Origin: Roseateles toxinivorans
Lineage (GTDB): Bacteria; Pseudomonadota; Gammaproteobacteria; Burkholderiales; Burkholderiaceae_C
Reading direction: 5' to 3'
Assembly (NCBI GenBank): GCA_945898095.1
Contig: CAMDHE010000002.1
Coordinates: 6,084 to 70,083 of the forward strand
Length of the DNA: 64,000 nucleotides
The stretch's first letter is position 1, and each line of letters opens with the position of its first letter. Below are positions 45,127 to 55,486 of this stretch, piece by piece. Under the pieces are notes generated by a model. It was not told the DNA's origin, did no database searches, and was given only the letters and a program-made list of their open reading frames with translations. A program made the translations under genes and the position numbers.

Positions 45127-46050
45127 TCAGGGATTCACCTGATCACTCAGCAACTGCATCTCCCAGCCGCGCTCGTCCGGCAGCTGCAGCTGCAGCCGCA
45201 CTGGCAGATAGGCGCGCCCGGGATCGAGCCAGACCGACATCTCGCCGTCATAAGCCCCAAGCGACCGGCGCTGCAGCCGCAAGACCTGGTGGCTCGAGTT
45301 ATCAGCGGCAAGTTGCAGCGGCTCGAACCCGGTCACCGTGAAGACCCAGTCGCGCAGCTCGCCGCGCAAGCCGGCTACCGGCAGTGTTATCTCACTGCCG
45401 GCAGCAAAGCGCTGCGGATCGCCCGCCACGATCGCCGCCAGTTGCAGCCACCAGCTGATGCGGTCCTGCACACCGCCGGGCATTGTCAACAGGGTTTGGT
45501 TGGAAGAAAAGCTGATCAGGCCTTCATCGCGGCGGAAATTGGTCGCCTGCGCATCGCGCCCACCGCGTTGTTGGGCGAAGCGCCCCGGGGCCAGCCCTTG
45601 CGCGTCAAAACGCCCTTCGCTGCGCCAACCAGGCAAGGGTCGGCCTGCCAGTTGGCGCTCGAGCTTCAAGTGGTAGCCCCCATCCTGTGGCTGCCAGCTC
45701 AGCCTGGCCTGGCCCGACTGCCCGTTCTGGCGCAGCTGATAAAGCCATTCCGCGGCGGGTGCGATCGCGACCGGCAAGGCTTGAGCACCGGTTGGCTGCC
45801 CGATGGCCTCAATTGCCCCAGCCTGAGGTTGCCCGGCATGATCGGCCGGCAGCTTGTGCGTTTGAGCCGCAAGCATGGGCAGCAGTGACAAGTTTCTGGT
45901 CTGCATTGCCGGCAACAAGCCGACCTGGGCCTGCCTGACCGATTGCGACTGCCGCAGCGGCAAGAACAGCAACCCATGGCCGAGCAGGCTCAGACCCAGC
46001 GCCCAAGTCCAGGCGCGCCAGTGAATGATCAGCTTGCTATTCCTGTTCAT
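45127..46050 (-). CDS. DUF3108 domain-containing protein
   Basis: ATG at 46050 (MNRNSKLIIHWRAWTWALGLSLLGHGLLFL TM/signal). DUF3108-like core ...SEGRFDAQGLAPGRFAQQ...LISFSSN...DRISWWLQLAAIVA... Confidence 0.7.
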   Translation of the reverse strand: MNRNSKLIIHWRAWTWALGLSLLGHGLLFLPLRQSQSVRQAQVGLLPAMQTRNLSLLPMLAAQTHKLPADHAGQPQAGAIEAIGQPTGAQALPVAIAPAAEWLYQLRQNGQSGQARLSWQPQDGGYHLKLERQLAGRPLPGWRSEGRFDAQGLAPGRFAQQRGGRDAQATNFRRDEGLISFSSNQTLLTMPGGVQDRISWWLQLAAIVAGDPQRFAAGSEITLPVAGLRGELRDWVFTVTGFEPLQLAADNSSHQVLRLQRRSLGAYDGEMSVWLDPGRAYLPVRLQLQLPDERGWEMQLLSDQVNP

Positions 46051-46092
46051 CAGACAATATTGCATTCCTTTGCGCCCGGATACCATCCTGAG

Positions 46093-47001
46093 ATGAAACT
46101 TGCCACCTATCAAGACGGTTCGCGCGACGGGCAACTGCTCGTCGTTTCACGCGATCTCAGCCAGGCGCATTACGCCACAGCTCATGCCACGCGCTTGCAG
46201 CAACTGCTCGATGACTGGGGTTTTCTGTCACCGCAACTGGAAGATCTCTACCTCAAATTGAACCAGGGGCGCTTGCGCCATGCCTTCAATTTTGAACCGT
46301 CCCGGTGCATGGCGCCGTTGCCGCGAGCCTATCAATTCGTCACCGGCGCAGCCTATGAGCGCGGCCTGCTCGAGCCCAGGCTTGAGCGTCGCGGCAGCGA
46401 TGATTTTCTCGGCGCCACCGACCCGGCCCGCTGCGCCTCGGAGGCGATGGGCGTCTGCTTCGAGGCCGGCATCGCCGTCATCACCGGCGATGTCGCGGTC
46501 GGAGTCAACGCTGCGCAGGCGCTCGATACGGTGCGGCTCTTGATGCTGGCCAATGACTGGCGTTTGCAGAACCTGCAACAAGCTGAACTGGCCACCGCCT
46601 TCAGCCCGGTGGCGGTCACTCCCGACGAGCTTGGTGCGGCTTGGCAGGGCGGCCGGGTCGAGCTGAACCTGAAGGTGATATTCAACGGCAAGCAGGTCGG
46701 CCTGTGTGACACCGGATCCGGGATGAGTTTTCACTTCGGCCAATTGATCGCCCAGCAAGCCAGGACGCGCGGCTTGCGCGCCGGCACCATCATCGGCAGC
46801 GGTGCGGTCAGCGATCCAGAACATGGCTATTGCAGCATCGCCGATCAGCGCGCGCTCGAGACCCGGATTGATGTCAATGCGGTGACGCCTTGGATGAAAT
46901 TCGGCGACAGTATCCGGATTGAAATGAAGGGGCGCGATGGCGGCAAGCTGTTCGGCGCGATCGACCAGGACTTGCTGCCCTTGCTTGAATCGGCGCAATA
47001 G
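46093..47001 (+). CDS. Fumarylacetoacetate hydrolase family protein
   Basis: MKLATYQDGSRDGQLLVVSRDL... from ATG at 46093. C-terminal FAH fold pattern (…GTIIGSGAVS…). Confidence 0.85.
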   Translation: MKLATYQDGSRDGQLLVVSRDLSQAHYATAHATRLQQLLDDWGFLSPQLEDLYLKLNQGRLRHAFNFEPSRCMAPLPRAYQFVTGAAYERGLLEPRLERRGSDDFLGATDPARCASEAMGVCFEAGIAVITGDVAVGVNAAQALDTVRLLMLANDWRLQNLQQAELATAFSPVAVTPDELGAAWQGGRVELNLKVIFNGKQVGLCDTGSGMSFHFGQLIAQQARTRGLRAGTIIGSGAVSDPEHGYCSIADQRALETRIDVNAVTPWMKFGDSIRIEMKGRDGGKLFGAIDQDLLPLLESAQ

Positions 47002-47011
47002 GGAGCCATCG

Positions 47012-47680
47012 ATGCAACGCAGAACCATCATCCTGGCCAATCTGGCCCTTTTTGCCAGCGCCGCCCGGGCCGCCGCCATCAGCGAGGGCGATGCCGGTTC
47101 GGGCATGCGGGCCGCCCTGGAGCGCGGCGCGCTGGCCGCAGTCGATCTGTTGGCCAAACCCGATGGCTTCGTCGGCAACCCGGCGGTGCGGATCGATCTG
47201 CCCGGTCATTCGAAGGATGTCGCCCGCCTGCTGCGGACCGCTGGCCAGGGCAAGCTGATCGACGATTTGCTGCTGGCAATGAACCGCGCGGCCGAACTTG
47301 CCGTCGCAGCCGCCAAACCGCTGCTTTTGTCAGCCATCAAGTCGATCAGTTTTTCTGATGCGATGCGCATCCTGCGCGGTGGTGAAGACGCAGCGACCCA
47401 GTATTTCGCAGCCAAAACCCGCGCGCCGCTGGCGCTGCAGTTCCTGCCCATCGTCACCGAAGCCACGCAGAAGGTGTCGTTGGCCCAGAAATACAAGACG
47501 CTGGCGGCCAAGGCCAGCAGCCTGGGTCTGCTCAAGCCTGAGGATGCAAGCATCGAGCAATATGTCACCACGAGAGCGCTTGACGGGCTCTACCTGATGA
47601 TCGGGCTGGAAGAACGCAAGATCCGCCAGGACCCGATCGGCACCGGCAGCGCGATCCTGAAAAAAGTCTTCGGCGGATAG
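47012..47680 (+). CDS. DUF4197 domain-containing secreted protein
   Basis: Signal peptide MQRRTIILANLALFASAARAAA. ...KPDGFVGNPAVRIDLPG... pattern. Confidence 0.7.
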   Translation: MQRRTIILANLALFASAARAAAISEGDAGSGMRAALERGALAAVDLLAKPDGFVGNPAVRIDLPGHSKDVARLLRTAGQGKLIDDLLLAMNRAAELAVAAAKPLLLSAIKSISFSDAMRILRGGEDAATQYFAAKTRAPLALQFLPIVTEATQKVSLAQKYKTLAAKASSLGLLKPEDASIEQYVTTRALDGLYLMIGLEERKIRQDPIGTGSAILKKVFGG

Positions 47681-47737
47681 CTTGAGGCTGGCCAGACGAC
47701 AATAGCGTTTTCCTTCCGTATTTCCCAGCCCTTGCCA

Positions 47738-48550
47738 ATGAACGACATCACCAACGCGCCGCTGCCCACCGAACCAAAGCCTGTGGCCGAGACAGCGCCT
47801 GAAATCCCGGCCGAAGCAGCGCCAGAACTCGCCCCTGAGGTGGCCGCGCCGGACCTGCCAGCCAAGGTGGCTGTAGCCAACGACATGACGCCATCGGCCG
47901 TGGCCGCCAAACTGAAGTCGCTGTTTCCAGCCTTGTTCGGTGGCAATGGCTTCAAGCCGCTGAAACTGCGTGTGCAGGCCGACATCCAGGAGCGCGCACC
48001 CGGCGTCTTTACCAAGGCGCAGTTGTCGGCCTTCTTGCGCCGCCATACCGGCAGCACCGGCTATCTGATTGCCTTGAGCAAATCGACCCAGCGCGCTGAC
48101 CTCGACGGTCAGCCAGCCGGCGAACTGAGCGATGAACATCGCGCTGCAGCCCTTGAGGAGTTGACACGTCGGCGCGGTCTGCAGCAAGAGCGAGTGGCGC
48201 TTGAACAGCAGCGGACGGCACAAGAACAAACCGAGCAGCGCGAGCGCATCCAGCTCGAACAGATCCAGCGTCGCAACCGTGCCGGACTGCTCTACGACCA
48301 TGAGCGCACCACCCTGACCCTGGCGAATTTTTGCGTTCTCAAAGGCGTGACGCCCGAGGAGTTGCCGGGCTTGCTGCAAATCGCCCGCCGCGAAGCTGCT
48401 GAACCGCCGCCGCAGCGCGAGCCAAGGCCGGCGCCGGCTGGCCATGACCGAACTGCGCGGCCCGACCGAGCCGGCAGACCCGATCGCCGCGGCGAAAATC
48501 GGGGCCGACCGCGCCACGATCAACGCGGCAAACCGGCGGGTTCGGTCTGA
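47738..48550 (+). CDS. ProQ/FinO-domain RNA-binding protein with Arg-rich C-terminal tail
   Basis: FinO-like core ...[55 protein letters not shown]..., then an Arg/Pro/Asp/Gly-rich tail. Stop overlaps the metH-N start (TGATG). Confidence 0.8.
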   Translation: MNDITNAPLPTEPKPVAETAPEIPAEAAPELAPEVAAPDLPAKVAVANDMTPSAVAAKLKSLFPALFGGNGFKPLKLRVQADIQERAPGVFTKAQLSAFLRRHTGSTGYLIALSKSTQRADLDGQPAGELSDEHRAAALEELTRRRGLQQERVALEQQRTAQEQTEQRERIQLEQIQRRNRAGLLYDHERTTLTLANFCVLKGVTPEELPGLLQIARREAAEPPPQREPRPAPAGHDRTARPDRAGRPDRRGENRGRPRHDQRGKPAGSV

Positions 48551-49614
48551 TGGACAAGCCATTCACCCGCGGCGCCTTGCTGCCCGCCATCCTGCAGCAG
48601 CGCATCGTCATCCTTGACGGCGCGATGGGCACGATGATCCAGCGCTACAAGCTGGTCGAAGCCGACTACCGCGGCAGCCGCTTTGTCGACCATCCCAAGG
48701 ACCTGAAGGGCAACAACGAATTGCTGCAATTCACAAGGCCCGAAGTAATCCAGGAGATCCACGAAAAATATCTGGCCGCAGGCGCCGACATCATCGAAAC
48801 CAACACCTTCGGCGCGACTTCGGTGGCGCAGGAGGATTACGGTCTCGAGGCCTATGCCTACGAAATGAATGTGGCGGCGGCAAAGATTGCGCGCGCGGCC
48901 TGCGACAAGTTTTCCACCCCCGACAAACCGCGCTTTGCAGCCGGCGCCTTGGGGCCAACCCCGCGCACCGCCAGCATCAGCCCCGATGTCAATGATGCCG
49001 GCGCACGCAATGTCGATTTCGAGACCCTGCGTGCCGCCTATTACGACCAGGCCAAGGCCTTGCTGGAAGGCGGGGTCGATCTGTTTCTGGTCGAGACAAT
49101 CTTCGACACCTTGAATGCCAAGGCAGCGATCTTTGCGCTTGACGAGTTGATGGAAGACAGTGGCGAGCGCCTGCCGGTGATCATCTCGGGCACCGTCACC
49201 GATGCGTCGGGGCGCATCCTGTCGGGCCAGACGGTGACCGCTTTCTGGCATTCGGTACGCCATGCCAGACCGCTGGCAATCGGGCTCAACTGCGCGCTCG
49301 GTGCAACATTGATGCGGCCCTATATCGAGGAGCTGGCCAATGCCGCCGGGGCCACGGCGATCAGTTGCTACCCGAATGCCGGTCTGCCCAATCCGATGAG
49401 CGACACCGGCTTCGACGAAACGCCCGCAGTGACCGGCCGGCTGATGGAGGAATTCGCCCGCAGCGGTTTCCTCAATATCGCTGGCGGCTGCTGCGGCACG
49501 ACGCCTGAACATATCGCTGCCATCGCCAAAAGCGTCTCGGCCTACAAGCCACGGCCTTGCGGGGCGAAGTTCCTCAGCAGCTTGCTTGAATCTGGCGAGA
49601 CTGCTTCGGTTTAA
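48550..49614 (+). CDS. metH: Methionine synthase, homocysteine-binding (S-methyltransferase) module encoded as a separate gene
   Basis: 354 aa, collinear with the MetH N-terminal Hcy domain ([11 protein letters not shown]..., [18 protein letters not shown]). Confidence 0.92.
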   Translation: MDKPFTRGALLPAILQQRIVILDGAMGTMIQRYKLVEADYRGSRFVDHPKDLKGNNELLQFTRPEVIQEIHEKYLAAGADIIETNTFGATSVAQEDYGLEAYAYEMNVAAAKIARAACDKFSTPDKPRFAAGALGPTPRTASISPDVNDAGARNVDFETLRAAYYDQAKALLEGGVDLFLVETIFDTLNAKAAIFALDELMEDSGERLPVIISGTVTDASGRILSGQTVTAFWHSVRHARPLAIGLNCALGATLMRPYIEELANAAGATAISCYPNAGLPNPMSDTGFDETPAVTGRLMEEFARSGFLNIAGGCCGTTPEHIAAIAKSVSAYKPRPCGAKFLSSLLESGETASV

Positions 49615-49625
49615 AATCAAATCAG

Positions 49626-49714
49626 TTCGAGGAGCGTTGCGACAGTTGGGCCGATAAGCCTGGCTGCCAGGCTCGAACCGGCTTGGGCTTGCCCTCGCAG
49701 ACAACAGCGCTCAC
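49626..49714 (+). promoter_or_regulatory. SAH (S-adenosylhomocysteine) riboswitch-like aptamer upstream of the large metH gene
   Basis: uuCGAGGAGCGuUGCGAC (49626-49643), P2 hairpin AGUUGGGC-cgauaa-GCCUGGCU, GCCAGGCUCGAA (P1 3' strand pairs with UUCGAG), about 25 nt optional insert, then ACAACAGCGCUCAC (GCGCUC pairs with core GAGCGU to form the pseudoknot). This matches my memory of the conserved SAH-element blocks GAGGAGCGCUGCGAC / CAGGCUCGG / AACGGCGCUCAC. Downstream stem CUCACCG...CGGUGAG-UUUG (49710-49743) and SD-sequestering CCUCGA/UUGAGG (49748-49767) could form the expression platform. Confidence 0.7.
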
Positions 49715-49772
49715 CGATCCCTTGCAGGGCCGCGGTGAGTTTGCGGCCCTCGATTCATTCGTTGAGGCCTCC

Positions 49773-52502
49773 ATGTCTGAAATATTCGCTGCCGCGCAGC
49801 CCATGAAGTTGTCCGGGCTTGAACCGGTGCAAATCGGTGCGAGCAGTCTGTTCGTCAATATCGGCGAGCGCACCAATGTCACCGGCTCCAAGGCCTTTGC
49901 CCGGCTGATCCTGAACGGCCAGTTCGAAGCGGCCCTGGCCGTTGCGCGCCAGCAGGTCGAGAACGGCGCCCAGATCATCGACATCAATATGGACGAGGCG
50001 ATGCTCGACAGCCAGGCGGCGATGGTGCGCTTCCTGAATCTGCTCGCCGGCGAGCCCGAGATCGCGCGCGTTCCGATCATGGTCGACAGCTCGAAATGGA
50101 GCGTCATCGAAGCCGGTCTGAAATGCATCCAGGGCAAGGGCATCGTCAACTCGATTTCGATGAAGGAAGGCGAGACCGAGTTCAAACGCCAGGCCAAGCT
50201 GGTGCGCCGCTATGGCGCCGCCGCGGTGGTGATGGCTTTCGACGAAAAAGGCCAGGCTGACACCTATGAGCGCAAGATTGAAATCTGCGCGCGCGCCTAC
50301 CGCATCCTGGTCGACGAGGTCGGCTTTCCGGCCGAAGACATCATCTTCGACCCGAACATTTTCGCCATCGCCACCGGCATCGAAGAACACAACAACTACG
50401 CCGTCGACTTCATCGAAGCGACTCGCTGGATCAAGCAGAACCTGCCGGGCGCCAAGGTCTCGGGCGGAGTCTCGAACGTGTCGTTCAGTTTCCGCGGCAA
50501 CGACCCGGTACGCGAGGCGATCCACACGGTGTTCCTGTACCACGCGATCAAGGCCGGCATGGACATGGGCATCGTCAATGCCGGCATGGTTGGCGTCTAT
50601 GACGACCTCGACGCCGAGCTGCGTGAGCGCGTCGAAGATGTGGTGCTGAACCGCCGCGCCGACTCGGGCGAGCGCCTGATCGAAGTGGCCGAGCGCGCCA
50701 AGGGCATGGCGATCGACGACACGGCAAGGCTGGCCTGGCGCGCCGGCGATGTCGACCAGCGTCTGAGCCATTCGCTGGTGCACGGCATCACCGAATTCAT
50801 CACCGCCGACACCGAAGAAGCCTGGCAGGCCATACAGGCCAAGGGCGGGCGGCCGCTGCATGTGATCGAAGGCCCGCTGATGGCCGGCATGAACGTCGTC
50901 GGCGACCGCTTCGGCGCCGGCAAGATGTTCCTGCCGCAAGTGGTGAAAAGCGCGCGCGTGATGAAACAGGCGGTGGCCCATTTGCTGCCCTATATCGAAG
51001 CCGAAAAAACTACGCTGATCGCCGCCGGCGGCGAGGCCAAACCGAAGGGCAAGATCGTCATCGCCACCGTCAAGGGCGATGTGCACGACATCGGCAAGAA
51101 CATCGTCACCGTGGTGCTGCAATGCAATAACTTCGAAGTCGTCAATATGGGCGTGATGGTGGCCTGCCAGGACATTCTGGCGCGCGCCAAAGCCGAGGGC
51201 GCCGACATCATCGGCCTGTCCGGGCTGATCACGCCGAGCCTCGAAGAAATGCAGCATGTCGCTGCCGAGATGCAGCGCGATGACTATTTCCGCGCACGCC
51301 AGACGCCGCTGCTGATCGGCGGCGCCACCTGCAGCCGCGTCCATACCGCGGTGAAGATCGCGCCGAATTACAGCGGCCCGGTGGTCTATGTGCCCGATGC
51401 ATCGCGCAGCGTGGCGGTCTGCAGCGATCTGCTGTCAGACCAGCGCGCCGACAAATTCATCCATGAGCTGCAGACCGACTACGCCAATCTGCGCCAACTG
51501 CACGCCAACAAGAAACAGACGCCGATGGTCAGCCTGGCACAGGCGCGCGCCAACAAGGCCGAGCTCGACTGGTCGAGCTATCAGCCGCCAGCACCGCAAT
51601 TCATTGGCCGGCGCGTAATCCGCAATTACGACCTGGCCGAGCTGGCCACCTGCATCGACTGGGGCCCGTTCTTCCAGACCTGGGATCTGGCCGGGTCATT
51701 TCCGGCGATTCTGAATGACCCGGTGGTCGGCAGCGAAGCGCAGCGCGTCTTTGCCGATGCCCAGGCGATGCTGCAGCGCCTGATAGCCGGGCGTTGGCTG
51801 ACGGCCAGTGGTGTCTTCGGTCTCTACCCGGCGGCGCAGGTCAACGACGACGACATCGAGATCTACAGCGATGAGTCGCGCAGCCAGGTCCTGATGACCT
51901 GGCATGGGCTGCGCATGCAGTCATTGCGGCCAGGCGTCGACGGCGTGCAGAGGCCGAACCGCTGCCTGGCCGATTTCATCGCACCGCGCGCGGCGGGCAC
52001 CGACTACATCGGCCTGTTCGCCGTCACCGCAGGTCTGGGCGTCGAGAAGAAGGAGGCGCAATTTCTGGCCGAACATGACGACTATTCGGCGATCATGTTC
52101 AAGGCCTTGGCCGACCGCTTGGCCGAAGCTTTTGCCGAGCGCCTGCATCAGCGCGTACGCACCGAATTCTGGGGCTATGCAGCGACCGAGAACCTGGCTG
52201 TCGAAGCGCTGATCGACGAGCAATATCAAGGCGTCCGTCCGGCACCGGGCTATCCGGCCTGCCCCGACCATCTGGTCAAGCGCGACATGTTCAAGCTGCT
52301 GGCACCTGATGAAATCGGCATGGGTTTGACCGAGTCGATGGCAATGTCGCCGGCCGCCAGCGTCTCGGGTTTTTACCTTTCGCACCCGGACGCGGCTTAC
52401 TTCAACGTCGGCCGCATCGGTGCCGACCAGGTGACCGATTGGGCCCAGCGCAACGGCCTGAACCAGGAAGCCGCCGAACGGGCGTTGGCGCCGCTGCTCT
52501 AA
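49773..52502 (+). CDS. metH: Methionine synthase, pterin-binding + B12-binding + activation modules
   Basis: 909 aa from ATG at 49773 (GAGG SD). ...[11 protein letters not shown]..., B12 motif [13 protein letters not shown], AdoMet-activation domain at the C-terminus. Confidence 0.95.
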   Translation: MSEIFAAAQPMKLSGLEPVQIGASSLFVNIGERTNVTGSKAFARLILNGQFEAALAVARQQVENGAQIIDINMDEAMLDSQAAMVRFLNLLAGEPEIARVPIMVDSSKWSVIEAGLKCIQGKGIVNSISMKEGETEFKRQAKLVRRYGAAAVVMAFDEKGQADTYERKIEICARAYRILVDEVGFPAEDIIFDPNIFAIATGIEEHNNYAVDFIEATRWIKQNLPGAKVSGGVSNVSFSFRGNDPVREAIHTVFLYHAIKAGMDMGIVNAGMVGVYDDLDAELRERVEDVVLNRRADSGERLIEVAERAKGMAIDDTARLAWRAGDVDQRLSHSLVHGITEFITADTEEAWQAIQAKGGRPLHVIEGPLMAGMNVVGDRFGAGKMFLPQVVKSARVMKQAVAHLLPYIEAEKTTLIAAGGEAKPKGKIVIATVKGDVHDIGKNIVTVVLQCNNFEVVNMGVMVACQDILARAKAEGADIIGLSGLITPSLEEMQHVAAEMQRDDYFRARQTPLLIGGATCSRVHTAVKIAPNYSGPVVYVPDASRSVAVCSDLLSDQRADKFIHELQTDYANLRQLHANKKQTPMVSLAQARANKAELDWSSYQPPAPQFIGRRVIRNYDLAELATCIDWGPFFQTWDLAGSFPAILNDPVVGSEAQRVFADAQAMLQRLIAGRWLTASGVFGLYPAAQVNDDDIEIYSDESRSQVLMTWHGLRMQSLRPGVDGVQRPNRCLADFIAPRAAGTDYIGLFAVTAGLGVEKKEAQFLAEHDDYSAIMFKALADRLAEAFAERLHQRVRTEFWGYAATENLAVEALIDEQYQGVRPAPGYPACPDHLVKRDMFKLLAPDEIGMGLTESMAMSPAASVSGFYLSHPDAAYFNVGRIGADQVTDWAQRNGLNQEAAERALAPLL

Positions 52503-52509
52503 GCTTGAC

Positions 52510-54027
52510 TCAAGGAGAGGCGCCGCCGAGGCCGCGGCGCAATTGCACCGCTTCAGCCATTTGCGCCGCACCGATCTCGCGGCTGCCGGCCAGATCGGCA
52601 ATGCTGCGCGCGACCCGCAGCACGCGGTGGTAGCTGCGGCCTGACCAGGCCAGCCTGGCGGCGGCTTTCAAGAGCAAGTCCATCGCGGCCTTGTCGGGCA
52701 GGCCATGCTGGTCGAGCGCCTGGGGCGGCAGCAGCGCATTGCTGCAACCCTGGCGCGCCAGTTGGCGCTCGCGCGCGGCGGCAACCCGCAAGGCCACCGA
52801 GCTGCTCGGTTCGCCGTCGGCCGCGGCCGCCAGCGCGGAAGGCGCCACCATCGGGACTTCGATCTGCAAGTCGAGCCGATCCAGAAACGGACCGCTGAGT
52901 CGTCCCTGGTAACGCGCCACCTGATCCGGTGTGCAACGGCAGGCGCGCAGTGGGTTGCCCAGATGGCCGCAGGGACAGGGATTCATCGCCGCGATCAGCT
53001 GGAAACTGGCCGGGAACAGCGCCTGACGCGCGGCGCGCGAGATCAGGATCTGGCCGCTCTCCATCGGCTCGCGCAAGGCTTCCAGCGCGGCGCGGTTGAA
53101 CTCGGGCAATTCGTCGAGAAACAGCACGCCATGCAGGGCCAATGAAATCTCGCCCGGCCGCGGCGGTGAGCCACCACCGACCAGGGCCACGCTCGAGGCG
53201 CTATGGTGCGGACTGCGCATCACCCGCTGGCCCCAGCGGGCCAGGTCGAACTGGCCTGCCAGGCTCAACATCGCTGCCGATTCAAGCGCAGCATCGTTGT
53301 CGAGCGGCGGCAGCAAACCGGCCAGCCGCTGTGCCAGCATCGATTTACCGGTGCCTGGCGGGCCGACCAGCAGCAGGCTGTGCTGACCCGCGGCGGCAAT
53401 CTCGAGCGCGCGTTTGGCACCGGCCTGGCCCTTGATGTCGCGCAGATCGGGCAGGGCGGGCGCGGCAGCGCGCGCCGAGGGTTGGGCAAATACCAGCGGC
53501 TGCTCGCTGCCCGGTTGCAAAGCAGCCACCAGATCGAGCAGATGGCCGGCTTGCAGCACCGGCACTTCCGCCACCAGCGCCGCCTCGGCAGCGCTGAGCA
53601 TCGGCAGCACCAGCAAGCGGCCGCTGCCATCACGCTTGAGCGCCAGGCTCATCGCCAAGGCGCCGCGCACCGGCCGCAACTCGCCCGCCAGCGACAACTC
53701 GCCCGCGCATTCGAGCTGATCCAGCTTGCTGCCGTCGATCTGCCCGCTGGCGGCCAGCAAACCCAGGGCGATCGGCAGGTCAAAACGCCCGCCTTCCTTG
53801 GGCAGTTCAGCCGGCGCCAGGTTGACGATGATTTTCTTGTTGTGCGGGAATGACAAGCCGCTGTTCTGCAGCGCGGCGCGGACTCGTTCACGCGCTTCCT
53901 TGACTTCGGTGTCGGCCAGCCCGACCAGGGTGAACGAAGGCAGGCCATTGGCCAGATGGACCTCGACCGTGACAGCCGCCGCAGCCAGACCATCCAGCGA
54001 ACGGCTGTGAACAATGGCCAGTGACAT
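52510..54027 (-). CDS. comM: YifB/ComM family Mg-chelatase-like AAA+ ATPase
   Basis: MSLAIVHSRSLDGL... Lon-like N-domain, Walker A LVGPPGTGKSMLA, VLFLDELPEF. Confidence 0.93.
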   Translation of the reverse strand: MSLAIVHSRSLDGLAAAAVTVEVHLANGLPSFTLVGLADTEVKEARERVRAALQNSGLSFPHNKKIIVNLAPAELPKEGGRFDLPIALGLLAASGQIDGSKLDQLECAGELSLAGELRPVRGALAMSLALKRDGSGRLLVLPMLSAAEAALVAEVPVLQAGHLLDLVAALQPGSEQPLVFAQPSARAAAPALPDLRDIKGQAGAKRALEIAAAGQHSLLLVGPPGTGKSMLAQRLAGLLPPLDNDAALESAAMLSLAGQFDLARWGQRVMRSPHHSASSVALVGGGSPPRPGEISLALHGVLFLDELPEFNRAALEALREPMESGQILISRAARQALFPASFQLIAAMNPCPCGHLGNPLRACRCTPDQVARYQGRLSGPFLDRLDLQIEVPMVAPSALAAAADGEPSSSVALRVAAARERQLARQGCSNALLPPQALDQHGLPDKAAMDLLLKAAARLAWSGRSYHRVLRVARSIADLAGSREIGAAQMAEAVQLRRGLGGASP

Positions 54028-54108
54028 GCCTGCTCCCAAAGACCCGCAGCCGCAGGCCATCGTCTTGATTGTGCCCGCAGCCTCCGGTTCTCCTGCCCCC
54101 CTTGATCA

Positions 54109-54170
54109 CGCACAACAAAGGTGCATCAAGTCCGGCCGACTGATCCATTTTCTGGTTCCATCCTGGTGCG
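54109..54170 (+). promoter_or_regulatory. Putative NtrC upstream activator sites
   Basis: cGCACaacaaagGTGCa (54109-54125) fits TGCACCA-N3-TGGTGCA at 11 of 14 defined positions. A weaker site GGTTCCAtccTGGTGCG lies at 54154-54170. Both are about 85-145 nt upstream of the sigma-54 promoter. Confidence 0.4.
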
Positions 54171-54252
54171 TTTTGCCAAGCAGCCGGCCGGATCAGCCGG
54201 TTTGGGGATGCAAAGCACCGCATCTGCTCGGCAATAGCGTTCCAGAACAAGC

Positions 54253-54268
54253 TGGCACGGAAGCTGCA
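54253..54268 (+). promoter_or_regulatory. Sigma-54 (-24/-12) promoter for the porin-glnK-amtB operon
   Basis: TGGCACGgaagCTGCA versus consensus TGGCACG-N4-TTGCA (one mismatch, correct spacing). 56 nt upstream of ATG at 54324. Confidence 0.65.
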
Positions 54269-54323
54269 ATGGCCTTGCCAACCTTCTCACCCTTTGTTTG
54301 TTTTTTCCTCCAGGAGCTTGACC

Positions 54324-55425
<1,102 letters not shown>

Positions 55426-55486
55426 TCGCAGCCGCCGCCAGACCCATTCCAAAAAATCCCATTCCCAGCCCTCGTTGGAGATCCTG

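Noticed and set aside
49615-49772. Cobalamin riboswitch in the metH spacer (GCCAGG..ACCGGC resembles a B12 box; CGGTGAG resembles the GGTGAGAATCC core)
   Set aside because: The order of the two blocks is reversed relative to the cobalamin aptamer. The region is too short (158 nt) and most conserved positions are missing. The same nucleotides are explained better by the SAH-element fold.
49755-51344. 529-aa minus-strand ORF
   Set aside because: It is antisense to the large metH gene and is a compositional artefact.
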